DNA of 64,000 bases from an uncultured bacterium (GTDB lineage: Bacteria; Patescibacteriota; Saccharimonadia; UBA4664), in contig CAVRET010000002.1 of assembly GCA_963720265.1 (NCBI GenBank), positions 200,704 to 264,703 of the forward strand. Direction: 5' to 3'. The notes beneath the pieces were generated by a model. That model was given only the letters and a program-made list of their open reading frames with translations. It had not been told where the DNA came from and did no database searches. The position numbers and the translations under genes were made by a program. Below are positions 1 through 10,633 of this stretch, in pieces; the first letter of the stretch is position 1; each line of letters begins with the position of its first letter.

Positions 1-128
1 CGGGAACAGGCCCTCACCCATCAGCAGCTTAGCCGCCGCCTTCTCGCTCTCGGCCTGCACTTCGGCTTTTACAATCTCGCCTGTCTCGCTCCGATGAGCA
101 CTGTATACGAACGTTAGCACAGTGTCGC

Positions 129-1223
129 CTAACCTCTCATCAATCGATCAAGCTCTTGCAAATCGACCGCAAAATTTTTGGCTTCGTCATAGGAAATTTT
201 GCCCTGCTGGACGAGCGATACGAGCTGCCGGTCCATGCTCTGCATGCCATATTCGGCACCGGTCTGAATGGCCGCGTCAATCTGGTGGGTTTTGCCCTCA
301 CGAATGATATTGCGCACCGCACTGGTTACTACCAAAATCTCCGACGCCACCGTCCGACCGCCGCCGATCATCGGCACTAACCGCTGCGAGCAAATCGCCT
401 GCAGCATGCCCGCCAGCTGCACCCGGATCTGCTGCTGCTGGTGCGGAGGGAACACGTCAATCATACGGTCGATGCTCTGCGCCGCCGAGTTGGTATGCAA
501 GGTCGCGAGTACCAAGTGGCCGGTTTCAGCAATCGTCACAGCTGCCGCAATGGTTTCCAGATCGCGCATCTCACCGATCAGCACGACATCCGGGTCCTGA
601 CGCAAGCTCGACCGCAGCGCCGCCGCAAAGGAGTAGGTGTCATAGTGAATTTCGCGCTGTACCACAATGCTCTTCTTGCTCGAGTGCGCGTACTCAATGG
701 GATCCTCGATCGTAAGGATGTGAACAGCCTTTTCCGAATTAATCTTGTCCACCATGGCAGCGAGAGTGGTCGACTTGCCCGAACCAGTCGGCCCTGTCAC
801 GAGCACGAGGCCGCGTGGAAACTTGGTAAACTCAGTCATAACTTTCGGCATAGCCAGATCTTCCAACGTGCGAATCTTCGCCGGAATAAGCCGCAAAGCC
901 GCCGCCAAGTTACCGCGCTCGTGGAAAGCATTGACCCGGAATCGACCGTAATTGCCAAACGCAAACGAAAAGTCGACCTCTTTATCCTTAACCAAGATTT
1001 CCTTCTGGTCATCGTCCAGAATCGAGAATACCAACTTCTCTACATCGGCTGGCTCCAGCGGAAACCCATTGTCTATCGGCTGCAGCGCCCCATCAATACG
1101 CAACATTGGCGGCAGGCCTACCTGCAAGTGCAAGTCAGAACCATCCAGCCGGATTACTTCTTCCAGCATCAACTCAATTTTGAGTGCACTTCGCTCCACG
1201 TCACCTCTAACTATTGTCATCAT
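129..1223 (-). CDS. pilT: Type IV pilus retraction ATPase PilT
   Basis: Walker A GPTGSGKST, TIEDPIE, LRQDPDVVLIGEMRD, AETGHLVLATLHT. Confidence 0.95.
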   Translation of the reverse strand: MMTIVRGDVERSALKIELMLEEVIRLDGSDLHLQVGLPPMLRIDGALQPIDNGFPLEPADVEKLVFSILDDDQKEILVKDKEVDFSFAFGNYGRFRVNAFHERGNLAAALRLIPAKIRTLEDLAMPKVMTEFTKFPRGLVLVTGPTGSGKSTTLAAMVDKINSEKAVHILTIEDPIEYAHSSKKSIVVQREIHYDTYSFAAALRSSLRQDPDVVLIGEMRDLETIAAAVTIAETGHLVLATLHTNSAAQSIDRMIDVFPPHQQQQIRVQLAGMLQAICSQRLVPMIGGGRTVASEILVVTSAVRNIIREGKTHQIDAAIQTGAEYGMQSMDRQLVSLVQQGKISYDEAKNFAVDLQELDRLMRG

Positions 1224-1275
1224 TAAAGCACAAGGGCTATGGGATTGTACACTCCCAGCAACCGGAGCCCTAGCA

Positions 1276-1304
1276 TTGGCTTTTTTCTCCAGATAGTATA
1301 AGAT
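1276..1304 (+). promoter_or_regulatory. sigma70-type promoter of the cassette inserted between pilB and pilT
   Basis: TTGGCT-17 bp-TAAGAT, followed by hairpin GTGGAC..GTCCAC. Confidence 0.5.
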
Positions 1305-1378
1305 AACCGTTACCTCGCGTGGACACGGGTATAGTCCACGTGCAGAAGTTCTCTGACCATTCCGACCCGGAGATCACT

Positions 1379-1984
1379 ATGATTCCATCCGCACTCAGGG
1401 TCCCCCCGCTATTCTTGGGACCAAGAGCCGTCCGAGAATATCTCGGCGTCGCAGGCGTGCTAATGCTCATCGGGCTTGTCACAATGTGTTTCCCGAAGAA
1501 CAGTACTCGTCCGAAAATCCGAGCAGGAAGAGCACTACTACCACACAAGCGCCTTATGCTTGGCGCCGCCAACCTAGCCGCGTTTACTCTTGCGGCCGCG
1601 TACCTGGACCGATGCGTCGCTGGCAACCAAACCGGAGGCGGGTGGCTGCTGGTGGTAGCCGTGTTCGTCGGCCTCGGCCTGACCTGTCTGACCATCAAGA
1701 CCCTAATTGTTGGTGCCAACTACTTTCACGGCAGGAGACAGCCGCTCTGGATCGGTGCCTTTGCCTGTGCTGCGGTGGTGGCCACGATGTTGGGCGACGT
1801 TGCCCAAGATTGCGGCTACTTCTCCCAGCCCCAAGTACTGCCGCTGGAGAATATTGGACATCTAGTTCAATATTGGAGTGCCTGGGTCGCTGTGCTGCTG
1901 CTTGGGGCACTCGTGCTCATGCCGATGGGTAGTTTCTTCATCACCCTCACGGGCAACAATGAAACGGCTTCCAACCACGGATAG
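1379..1984 (+). CDS. Hypothetical multi-pass membrane protein (accessory cassette)
   Basis: About 5 hydrophobic segments; ATG 1379 preceded by GGAG (ORF track start 1319). Confidence 0.65.
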   Translation: MIPSALRVPPLFLGPRAVREYLGVAGVLMLIGLVTMCFPKNSTRPKIRAGRALLPHKRLMLGAANLAAFTLAAAYLDRCVAGNQTGGGWLLVVAVFVGLGLTCLTIKTLIVGANYFHGRRQPLWIGAFACAAVVATMLGDVAQDCGYFSQPQVLPLENIGHLVQYWSAWVAVLLLGALVLMPMGSFFITLTGNNETASNHG

Positions 1985-2022
1985 GCCCGGCCGCGGACAA
2001 GCGGCTAAAAGGAGGCGAGGAC

Positions 2023-2325
2023 ATGCCGCAGTTTCCGAAACATGATGACAGACTGAAGATCCTCGATCGCCTGCACACCCTCGGTACAACCGCGACCGGC
2101 AACGTGATGTCATCCATCGCACGCGACATTCGCACCCACCCCAATGGCGGTCCGAACTGGCTCAACCTCTGTCGGCGGTTGGATGACGAGGGTGTCGTAG
2201 AGGTAACGTGGAACACGCAGCGGAGAACCGACGTCAAGGGCATCGCGCTCACCCGAGCAGGCCTAGAGATTCTGCGGATCGAGGCCAACCACGTCTGCAC
2301 ACCGACCTGTATTCCGACGGAATGA
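2023..2325 (+). CDS. Small winged-helix (MarR-like) protein
   Basis: SD AAAGGAGG; LCRRLDDEGVVEV...QRRTDVKGIALTRAGLEIL resembles the MarR recognition helix and wing. Confidence 0.6.
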   Translation: MPQFPKHDDRLKILDRLHTLGTTATGNVMSSIARDIRTHPNGGPNWLNLCRRLDDEGVVEVTWNTQRRTDVKGIALTRAGLEILRIEANHVCTPTCIPTE

Positions 2326-2336
2326 ACTTCCACACC

Positions 2337-2366
2337 CGGCCGGCCCCGTACGTGAGGGGCCGGCCG
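2337..2366. terminator. GC-rich hairpin without U-tract
   Basis: CGGCCGGCCCC-8 nt-GGGGCCGGCCG between converging genes. Confidence 0.7.
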
Positions 2367-2378
2367 CGGATTTGAATT

Positions 2379-4151
2379 TTACGAGTCTGCTGCCACCCGC
2401 GCTACTTCTTCAAGCGTAGTCTCGCCGTTGAGGGCCTTAAAATAACCGTCTTGTTTCATCGTTAACATGCCGTCTTTGGTAGCCTGATCTTGCACCATGT
2501 TGGTCGTCGAGTGGCCTGAAAGCAATTGTTCCATATCCGGTGTCATGGCGAACACCTCGTAAATTCCAATCCGGCCGCGATATCCGCGCACGCAGCGCTT
2601 GCAGCCCACTGCCTTCCACAGTTTGTACGACGGATCCTCGGCCAGTGGCACGGTGTCATAACCCACATCTTTCTGCGCTTTCGTAGTCTCAGCCTTCGTT
2701 TTTGGCAATACCTGGCCCAACGTCTCGTGGATCGAATCAGTCTCAGCCTGGCTGGTAGTGTATTCTTCACGGCAGTTGTCGCACAGCTTACGCACCAGGC
2801 GTTGACCAATCACCGTATTGATCGTGCTTGCGATCAAAAACGGCTCAATCCCCATATCCAGCAGCCGCGGCAGCACGCCGGCCGCCGAATTAGTGTGAAT
2901 CGTCGTCAGCACCACGTGGCCGGTCAATGCTGCCTGCACCGCCAAATCCGCCGTCTCCTTGTCACGAATCTCCCCCACCAGCACCACATTGGGGTCCTGT
3001 CGCAAGATGCTGCGCAGCCCGTTGGCAAACGTTAGGCCCACATCACCATTAACCTGGATTTGGTTGATGCCGTCCATCTTATACTCAACCGGATCCTCCA
3101 GTGTCACGATGTTAATACTTACATCCTTCAGCTCTTGGACGATCGCATACAGCGTGGTCGACTTACCTGAGCCGGTTGGACCGGTCGAAAGCGTCATTCC
3201 ATGCGGCCTGTTAATACCTGCGGTGATCAACCGAAACGCCCTTCCCCGAAAGCCCAGAGCCTCCAAAGTGAGAATGCTCGAATCCTTGTCGAGCAACCGA
3301 ATCACCACTTGCTCACCCCACACTACCGGCGAAATCGCGATGCGCAAATCAATCTCGCGGCCGTTCGAACTAATCTGGAATTGCCCGTCCTGTGGAATTC
3401 GGTGTTCATCAATGCGTAAGTTGGACAAAATTTTTATACGCGAAATTAAGGCTGGTTCGATGCTCTTGGGCAACGTCATCGCTTCCTGCAAAATGCCATC
3501 AATCCGGTACCTAATCTTCAATTCTTTCTCACGCGGCTCAATGTGAATATCCGATGCCCGGCTCTGCGCCGCGTAGTCCAAAATCGCATTCAACGCCCGC
3601 GTGATCGGCGCGTCCTGGACCAGATTCTCCATGGCTTTGGCATTCTTCGCCTCAACCTTGGGATGATCATTAACATTCGCCACATCAATAGCTGATGCCA
3701 CATCCGCCGCCACATCGCTCCGAAACTGCCCCAGCACATGGTCGATCGATGCCCGCGACGCCAAATACACGGTGATCGTATGGCCCATTTTGCGGCTCAG
3801 GAAGTCCACGGCCTGGATATTGGTCGGGTCAAGCATCCCCACGGCCAACCGCCCCTGTTGCAGGCCAAACGGTATGGCCATATACGTTTCCGCCGTGTCC
3901 TTATCCAGCAACTCAGTCACTTCTGACCCCACTGTGAGGTTCGTCAGGTTGGCATATGGCACACCCATGGCCTTAGCCGACACACGAGTCAAATCCTCCT
4001 CGCTCACCAGGTTTTTTTCGGCAATGTAAGCAATAAGCGGCATCGACGACTTCAACGCCTCGGTCCGGGCTGTCTCCAGGGCGTCCGCGGTCATCAAGTT
4101 GCTTTCGAGCAACAACTCTTCAATTCGGTGCTGGCTCTCAACCGATAGCAT
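2379..4151 (-). CDS. pilB: Type IV pilus assembly ATPase PilB (GspE/PulE family)
   Basis: ASDIHIEP, GPTGSGKSTT, LRQDPNVVLVGEIRD, CxxC...CxxC Zn motif, GYRGRIG. Confidence 0.95.
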   Translation of the reverse strand: MLSVESQHRIEELLLESNLMTADALETARTEALKSSMPLIAYIAEKNLVSEEDLTRVSAKAMGVPYANLTNLTVGSEVTELLDKDTAETYMAIPFGLQQGRLAVGMLDPTNIQAVDFLSRKMGHTITVYLASRASIDHVLGQFRSDVAADVASAIDVANVNDHPKVEAKNAKAMENLVQDAPITRALNAILDYAAQSRASDIHIEPREKELKIRYRIDGILQEAMTLPKSIEPALISRIKILSNLRIDEHRIPQDGQFQISSNGREIDLRIAISPVVWGEQVVIRLLDKDSSILTLEALGFRGRAFRLITAGINRPHGMTLSTGPTGSGKSTTLYAIVQELKDVSINIVTLEDPVEYKMDGINQIQVNGDVGLTFANGLRSILRQDPNVVLVGEIRDKETADLAVQAALTGHVVLTTIHTNSAAGVLPRLLDMGIEPFLIASTINTVIGQRLVRKLCDNCREEYTTSQAETDSIHETLGQVLPKTKAETTKAQKDVGYDTVPLAEDPSYKLWKAVGCKRCVRGYRGRIGIYEVFAMTPDMEQLLSGHSTTNMVQDQATKDGMLTMKQDGYFKALNGETTLEEVARVAADS

Positions 4152-4177
4152 CTACCCCACCACCTCTCTCGAGCTCT

Positions 4178-4441
4178 CTACGGCCCAAATGGAGTGTTAT
4201 TCCCAAGCCCAGTCAAATCAACTGGCGGGCTATAATCAAACACCTGGTTCGTATCGCTCAATTGGGTCACCGCGTCTTGGTCAAACTGGGCTGGAATTAC
4301 GCCAATTTTTTCAACCGTGACGGTTGAGGTCTTCGCGCCGCTGGTTTTCTTTGGCGCCAGCACTTCAATGTAAGCCACATAACCAGTAACAAGCAATATC
4401 GCCACCGCGGCCACGAGCATTATCACATCTTTTTTCTTCAT
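4178..4441 (-). CDS. Small single-TM protein at the PilP position of the pil operon
   Basis: N-terminal TM, ends GLGNNTPFGP; overlaps pilO stop. Confidence 0.7.
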   Translation of the reverse strand: MKKKDVIMLVAAVAILLVTGYVAYIEVLAPKKTSGAKTSTVTVEKIGVIPAQFDQDAVTQLSDTNQVFDYSPPVDLTGLGNNTPFGP

Positions 4442-5130
4442 TTGATCGTCTCCGTCCCAAACGGCCATTGGGCCGCCGCCTGGTAGTAGGTCTCAATATT
4501 AACCACGCCGCTTAAGGATGGGCCACCGCCGGTAATCTGAATTCCCACAACCCGCATCGGCCGCGCCGAAAGCTCAACCTCGCCAAGAAGCTTTTGCAGG
4601 CTCGTGTAGGTGCCGGTAAAGTCCATCGCGAACTGATATGTCTGCGGCGTTGGCGGCATATCGGCACCGGGAGTACCACTAACCGGCGTCCCCGCTGACA
4701 CACTGGTTGTCGCCGGCGAGGTCGATGTGGCCGAAGTTGACGTAGAGGTAGTGCCGGACGCCACACTATCCGGATTGACCGTCGGCGTTACCGACTTAAC
4801 CGTCACGCCTGCGCTATTCCCCATGCTCTCAAGCGCTACGATCAGGCTTGGCAGGTCAGGCGTTACAGGCAACGCATCGGAAAGCACGGTTCCCTGCTTG
4901 CCAAGTACTAAGTAGGCATCAACAAGTTTGGGGGCGTTGCTCACATCAGTGCTAAGCTGGTTCACGGCCGCAGATTTTGCTTTTACCACATTGCTGTCAC
5001 GCAGGATCGAGGTAATCAAGAGTCTGCCTACTAGGCCGGTAATACCTACAACCAGAAGGGAAACGAGGACAAACACAATAACAAAATTGTTACCGGAAAG
5101 TTGTGTGCCAGTATTTTTATTGGTTGCCAT
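4438..5130 (-). CDS. pilO: PilO-like pilus assembly protein
   Basis: N-terminal TM, ALP..PDLPSL, FTGTYTSLQKLL..VELSARPMRV; lies after pilN. Confidence 0.8.
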   Translation of the reverse strand: MATNKNTGTQLSGNNFVIVFVLVSLLVVGITGLVGRLLITSILRDSNVVKAKSAAVNQLSTDVSNAPKLVDAYLVLGKQGTVLSDALPVTPDLPSLIVALESMGNSAGVTVKSVTPTVNPDSVASGTTSTSTSATSTSPATTSVSAGTPVSGTPGADMPPTPQTYQFAMDFTGTYTSLQKLLGEVELSARPMRVVGIQITGGGPSLSGVVNIETYYQAAAQWPFGTETIK

Positions 5131-5710
5131 TACTGACCACTCCACTGCTCAATATTGCTGATAGGGTAAAGGTTACGCCCTGTCCCGGTGTGTAATCCAA
5201 CTGTCCGATCTGCACGTTTGAAAAGTACGGCATATTGGTCGGAGATGCCCCCGTACCGACCGTCACATTCGAATCTGCCAAGGCTCTAGCCAATTTTGCC
5301 ACTGCCGCATATGTCTGCCCGGTTCCTTCAATCGTCAGGTTGTTCTGGGCGTCAACTTGCAGCGAGTTCAGCGTGACCGCGGTTGGATCCGACGCGCTGT
5401 AGGCCTGCAGAAACTTGGTTATATATACCCGCTGGCCATACAGCGACGGCAACGATGCCAGGTGCTCCTCAGCGGTATAAGCGCTCAGCAAATTCGGCAC
5501 TGCCCTGAGTGTTTGCTCCTTTTGGTTAATCGTGTTCGAATCACGGCTAATAATGATCTTTTGCCCACCTTCATAGATCGACAGCAAGACGAGCAAACCA
5601 CCACAGACCACCCAAATTGAAACCGACACGCCGGTTACCAGCTGACGCCTTCGCCCTTCGCGCAACTTCGCCTGTCGAATATCCGGCAAAAGGTTGATCA
5701 GAATACTCAT
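5117..5710 (-). CDS. pilN: PilN-like pilus assembly protein
   Basis: INLLP motif followed by TM. Confidence 0.85.
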   Translation of the reverse strand: MSILINLLPDIRQAKLREGRRRQLVTGVSVSIWVVCGGLLVLLSIYEGGQKIIISRDSNTINQKEQTLRAVPNLLSAYTAEEHLASLPSLYGQRVYITKFLQAYSASDPTAVTLNSLQVDAQNNLTIEGTGQTYAAVAKLARALADSNVTVGTGASPTNMPYFSNVQIGQLDYTPGQGVTFTLSAILSSGVVSNGNQ

Positions 5711-6747
5711 TACATGCTCCCCCGGCCGGCTAATCCGACTGCCGCAGCGTAACCGCTCGACAATCCCAATAGCTTCTCTTGCAATGCCGCCGGGTACGAG
5801 ACGTTGATCCAGGCATTACCAAATTCCACCGGCAAGCCTGTCGAATTAGCCAAAAACGGCCCCAGCTCAGGCAAGCTCGAGGTATCACCGGTCACCACCA
5901 ATTTCTCGAGCTTAACGTCCGGATAGCGACCGTTGAAGTATTTGGCCGACCGTTCCACCTCACTCACGAGATTCTCCAGTACCGGCTTGATCGCCTTAAA
6001 CACCTGGCCCTCCAACTTTGACTGGGTAAGCCCAAATTTGTAGGTAAACTGCGTCGCTTGCACTTCATCAAGGCCCAATTTTTGCGCCACTGCCCGCACC
6101 AGCGTCATACCTCCCACCGCCACCGACCGGATCAGCCGCGGCGAACTGTTCCACACAATCGAGACATCAGTATCAAGCGAGCCAAAGTCCACAATCACCA
6201 CCGCCAGTGCACTCGGTGGCACCAACGCCCGTGCCACTGCCGTCGAGTTGGCCTCCAGGGCCAAGGGCTCCAGCCCGGCGTGCTCAACAATCTCAACGTA
6301 CTTATCCACCACCGAATTCGGGGCCGCCGCCAGCAACACTTCAAGCTGTTGGCCGTCCTTACTCTGGTCTATCACGGCCCAATCTAATTTGACCTGGTCA
6401 AGTTGCATTGGAATATATTGCTCAGCTTGGTACCGGATCGCTTTTGCCAGCTGCACATTGTCCAGCTTCGGGGTCGTAATCACCGTTGCGAACAGCTTGC
6501 TCGCCGGCAAACCCACCACCACATCCTTAGCCGTAATCCGGTTCTCGCGGACTAACTGGCGAACCAGCTCCGACACTTTCTCCTGATCCATTTTCGAATC
6601 GCTCAAACTAAGATTTGTCGGTAACGGCAAGGCTCCATAGGCAACCAACGGGGGATGCGTCCCACCTCTCCGTAGCTGGACCAATCGAATCGCTGTAGAC
6701 CCGATATCAAGACCAAAAAACTCAGTGTCTTTTACAAACAGTCCCAT
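5710..6747 (-). CDS. pilM: Type IV pilus assembly protein PilM
   Basis: FGLDIGSTAIRLVQL actin-like motif, ends AVGLA; start ATG 6747 is 7 nt after TAAGCT. Confidence 0.92.
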   Translation of the reverse strand: MGLFVKDTEFFGLDIGSTAIRLVQLRRGGTHPPLVAYGALPLPTNLSLSDSKMDQEKVSELVRQLVRENRITAKDVVVGLPASKLFATVITTPKLDNVQLAKAIRYQAEQYIPMQLDQVKLDWAVIDQSKDGQQLEVLLAAAPNSVVDKYVEIVEHAGLEPLALEANSTAVARALVPPSALAVVIVDFGSLDTDVSIVWNSSPRLIRSVAVGGMTLVRAVAQKLGLDEVQATQFTYKFGLTQSKLEGQVFKAIKPVLENLVSEVERSAKYFNGRYPDVKLEKLVVTGDTSSLPELGPFLANSTGLPVEFGNAWINVSYPAALQEKLLGLSSGYAAAVGLAGRGSM

Positions 6748-6790
6748 TGGTGCTAGCTTACCATAACCATTTTGACAGTGAAATACCCCA

Positions 6791-9436
6791 CTAAAACAAC
6801 GGCGGCCGTTCCCCTTGTCCCTCAAGCGACGACCCGTTATCGCTGGCCTCATCAAAGAATTGTGGCGGGTTGAGGTAAAGCTCTGGGTTAAGGGTAATTT
6901 GCTCAGCGACTTGCTGGCCGGCTGATCCCGGCCCCAGCCGGCTAAACAAGATGTTTTGCGCCATCAAGAAGCCGTTCACATCGAGCACCGGACTCGTCAC
7001 ACCGCATGGCGAATCCGGAGACGCAGCCAGTCCGCAGGTATTAATCGTTCCATCGGCAAACAAATAGGCGTCTACCTGGGTGACCGAACTAAGAATGTCA
7101 ATATTGCCGCCCGCAATCACACCCAGCGACGGAATTGTACAACTGGAAACAGTCGAGCAATTACCGCCATTGACCGTGTTGTCTATTGCCAACGTACCAT
7201 TCACCACCACTCTGGCCGACGGCACCACGAGCGTAATCTTGTTGCTAATCGTGCCGGAGATATCCAGCTCACCCCCACCCTGGAAGTAGTACAGCCCGCT
7301 CTTGCCCGTAGCGCTCCAAGTCGTTGGTGATGCACTTACACCAATTGTCTGGATACCGCCACCACCACTAGCATAGTAATCATTCGCAACCGTCAATAGA
7401 TCTGGACGACAGACTGACGCATAGCCACCGTTACTCCCAATCTTGAGGTCGTCAGCACCACCGCTATTACTGGCGAAGTTCTGGATCGTACCCGACGCCG
7501 ACAGCACGTACTCGTCTTCTGAGGCCGCAAAGCCGCTGCCCGTGATACTGCCCGTCGACAGGGCCTGGCCACATAGTCCCCCGCCCGCGTGCACATCGCC
7601 GTTCTGGCCAACAATTGCCGGAAAGCTTTTTGAGCTTTTAACCGTATAACATACTTGGTTAGTGCCATTGGCCGGACCTGGATTGGCCCCTGTTACTGGA
7701 GCTATCGTGTCGCTAAAGCAAAACACGGTACCGTCAGCAACAGTCGACGCTATGGTATACCCAAAAACGACTTTGGGCACAACGCTCCCCCCATCTATGG
7801 TCGTATTAGCCGGTATCGACTGATTGAGATTCCCCTGCGGCGTCGCATCCGGTGTAATATCCGTGGCAACGCACGCCGCCCCATTTTCCGTACAGGTTGG
7901 CACCGTAGTTGCTACCGGGCCGTTGCTAGGACCAGAGTTCGAACCGTCAACATTGAACTCTACATGCAGGTCAGCCGGCTGCGAAACATCCAATTGCTGT
8001 CCGGCAGTCTTGCCGTCCGCTATATCAATATTCGATGAGTAATTGTAGCCGCAAGTTATAGCATAGTTAATCGAGTCATACGGTATCCACATTTGTATGT
8101 TGTGAGCGTTAGTCGGAGGATCTTGTCCCGCTGTCCCCTCAAAATAAGCGTCAACATTGTGCCAAATCCATTGATACTTATAGCCTGGTTGAGCCGTGAA
8201 ATTCACCTCACGATAGTCCTGGAATCCGCCGATATTATTCACCGCGCCAACGCCGTTCGCATTAGTGCCTGTGGCAGGAAGAGGGTTGCCGGGCAGATTT
8301 TGCTGACCAAATCCCGTAGAACCTCCGGGCATCGTCTCAACCAGGGAGCGTACCCCCGTCGGAGAAACACCGAATAGCTGAAAACTATTGGCAATGTCCG
8401 AGCCCGACGGGCTCCACGGATTGGCAGTCGGGTATGCAGTGTTTGCATTACCGTCATGGCCCGGATTATTGGTGACATCGGAACTGTCACCGTTTTTCCA
8501 GCGAATAGTCGCGGTCTCAGGCGAGGTTAGGGTGCATGGAGGCGCAAAATCAGTCTCAACGTTTTGAATGTCATAGTCTACACCCGTGCCAATGTCGTGC
8601 ATGGTAAACGAACCGAAGGTTGGGTATGTACCGGTACCGGTGACACCATTTTGAGCCCAGTAACCCACATTGTCCTGGGCCTGCGGGGTTTGCACGAGAT
8701 ACGCGTGCAAACGGGTCGTCCCAAACGCGGGCGGCGGCGGAACCAGGGGATTCTGACAGTCGGCAGTTAGTGCGGAAGGACAATTCCCCCATCTGGCTCT
8801 CATCAAAACAACGTAGTAATTGGTACGTGCTGATAACGCTGTCCCAGCCAGAGGCAGATTGATGTTACCGGTCCAAGTACCAGATCCAACGCCCGTGGCA
8901 CGGGTAATGGCAGGATTGTTAAAATCTTTCCCCGTCTGGCCGTCAATCGTATAAATCAACGAGGTGGGATTTTCGTTCGCATCGGTGTTGTAGAAGTCAT
9001 ACAGCACCTGATCGTTGGTATCGTCCGGAATACCGGGGAACGGACATGAGCCTCCGTGCTCGACCATACTCCAGTCGCCGCCTGCGACATACTGGTCACA
9101 CTCAAAGGGCATGTTAAAAAGTTTCAAGATTCCAAGCCCGGCATCGGCAGGGGAAAAATAGAGCTTCACCCACGTCACAGGTGATTCAATTAGCGTCTTG
9201 GGGCTAGTGCTTTCCGTGATAGCCAGACTCTCCTGGTCACTGTTGCCAGGTCCGCCGAAAGTACCGGGCTGGCCGGCCGGTGACGGAAGCTGGGTTGCAC
9301 CCGCCGCCAGTACCTTCTTGGGCGTACCCAAAATATCCAGGCCTCCCGAAACCGCGCCAACCACGACTAACAATGCCATGGCAACAAAAGCTGCCTTGTG
9401 CCGGTCTCTCCATCTCGGTTGCTCTACTCGGGGCAT
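6791..9436 (-). CDS. Large secreted/surface protein, probable pilus-associated adhesin
   Basis: N-terminal signal/TM, G/T/N/S-rich beta-type composition, paired Cys; directly upstream of pilM. Confidence 0.75.
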   Translation of the reverse strand: MPRVEQPRWRDRHKAAFVAMALLVVVGAVSGGLDILGTPKKVLAAGATQLPSPAGQPGTFGGPGNSDQESLAITESTSPKTLIESPVTWVKLYFSPADAGLGILKLFNMPFECDQYVAGGDWSMVEHGGSCPFPGIPDDTNDQVLYDFYNTDANENPTSLIYTIDGQTGKDFNNPAITRATGVGSGTWTGNINLPLAGTALSARTNYYVVLMRARWGNCPSALTADCQNPLVPPPPAFGTTRLHAYLVQTPQAQDNVGYWAQNGVTGTGTYPTFGSFTMHDIGTGVDYDIQNVETDFAPPCTLTSPETATIRWKNGDSSDVTNNPGHDGNANTAYPTANPWSPSGSDIANSFQLFGVSPTGVRSLVETMPGGSTGFGQQNLPGNPLPATGTNANGVGAVNNIGGFQDYREVNFTAQPGYKYQWIWHNVDAYFEGTAGQDPPTNAHNIQMWIPYDSINYAITCGYNYSSNIDIADGKTAGQQLDVSQPADLHVEFNVDGSNSGPSNGPVATTVPTCTENGAACVATDITPDATPQGNLNQSIPANTTIDGGSVVPKVVFGYTIASTVADGTVFCFSDTIAPVTGANPGPANGTNQVCYTVKSSKSFPAIVGQNGDVHAGGGLCGQALSTGSITGSGFAASEDEYVLSASGTIQNFASNSGGADDLKIGSNGGYASVCRPDLLTVANDYYASGGGGIQTIGVSASPTTWSATGKSGLYYFQGGGELDISGTISNKITLVVPSARVVVNGTLAIDNTVNGGNCSTVSSCTIPSLGVIAGGNIDILSSVTQVDAYLFADGTINTCGLAASPDSPCGVTSPVLDVNGFLMAQNILFSRLGPGSAGQQVAEQITLNPELYLNPPQFFDEASDNGSSLEGQGERPPLF

Positions 9437-9550
9437 TTACATCAACTTCCGCTAGAACTAACGATAAAGTACTTACGCTTGGTGCACAAGCTTGCCCTAG
9501 CCCAAACCCCTCGTCCGCGCTAAAATATTTCGGATAACCTGGATTCCACT

Positions 9551-10627
9551 ATGCTCTCTCTCGCCATCGTCGGCCTACCCAATGTCGGCAAATCAACCCT
9601 CTTCAACGCCCTCACCAAAAACGACGTGCTGGCAGCAAACTATCCGTTCGCAACGATCGAGCCCAACACCGGCATCGTACCTCTCCCCGATCCACGCCTC
9701 GCCAAATTATCCGTGCTCTATAACGGCGCCCCTATCGTCCCGGCGCCGGTCATGTTCGTGGATGTAGCCGGACTTGTGCGCGGGGCCAGCACCGGCCAAG
9801 GCTTGGGCAACAAGTTCCTCGCCCACATCCGCGAGAGCCAGGCCATTGTGCAGGTCGTGCGCGTATTTGACGACCCCAACGTTGTCCATGTCGACGGCGC
9901 GCCCGAGCCCCTGCGCGACCTCGAAACCATTAACGCCGAGCTCATTTTGGCCGACCTTGCCACCATCGACCGCCGGCTCGAACACCTGAGCAGCGAGCTC
10001 AAGCGCGATCCCAAACTCCGCCCTTTACACGATCTGCTGGACGACACCCGCGACCGATTAAACGGTGGCGCATTAGCAGGGTCATTCCTCACCGAGGACG
10101 ACCGCAATCAGCTTGCTGAGCTCCAACTTCTCACGGCCAAACCGTTCATCATCGTATATAACCTTGATGAGAGCCAGCTCGAGAATACGTCCCTCAAGCA
10201 ACAACTCGAAGACCTTGTGGCACCGGCGCCGGCTATCTTTCTTTGCGCAAAGGTTGAGGCCGAGCTAGTTGACTTAGACGAAGCCGAGGCGCATGAACTC
10301 CTCGCCTCGCTCGGTCAAACTCAGTCCGGCCTCGACCAGCTAGCACAAGCCGGCTTTCACGCTCTCGGCCTCCAAACCTTCCTCACCGCAGGCCAAAAAG
10401 AAGTCCGTGCCTGGACTATTCCGCAAGGCGCCACCGCCCCCGAAGCTGCCGGTGTTATTCACACTGACTTTCAAAAAGGCTTTATCAAAGCTGAAATCGT
10501 TTCTTATAACGACCTCGTTGCCACCGGCTCCTTGCCGGCCGCCAGGGCCGCAGGCAAAGCCCGCCTGGAAGGCAAAGATTACATCATGCAAGACGGCGAC
10601 GTCGCCGAGTTCCGCTTTAACAACTAA
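9551..10627 (+). CDS. ychF: Ribosome-binding ATPase YchF
   Basis: [36 protein letters not shown] domain EVRAWTI. Confidence 0.97.
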   Translation: MLSLAIVGLPNVGKSTLFNALTKNDVLAANYPFATIEPNTGIVPLPDPRLAKLSVLYNGAPIVPAPVMFVDVAGLVRGASTGQGLGNKFLAHIRESQAIVQVVRVFDDPNVVHVDGAPEPLRDLETINAELILADLATIDRRLEHLSSELKRDPKLRPLHDLLDDTRDRLNGGALAGSFLTEDDRNQLAELQLLTAKPFIIVYNLDESQLENTSLKQQLEDLVAPAPAIFLCAKVEAELVDLDEAEAHELLASLGQTQSGLDQLAQAGFHALGLQTFLTAGQKEVRAWTIPQGATAPEAAGVIHTDFQKGFIKAEIVSYNDLVATGSLPAARAAGKARLEGKDYIMQDGDVAEFRFNN

Positions 10628-10633
10628 ATGAAC

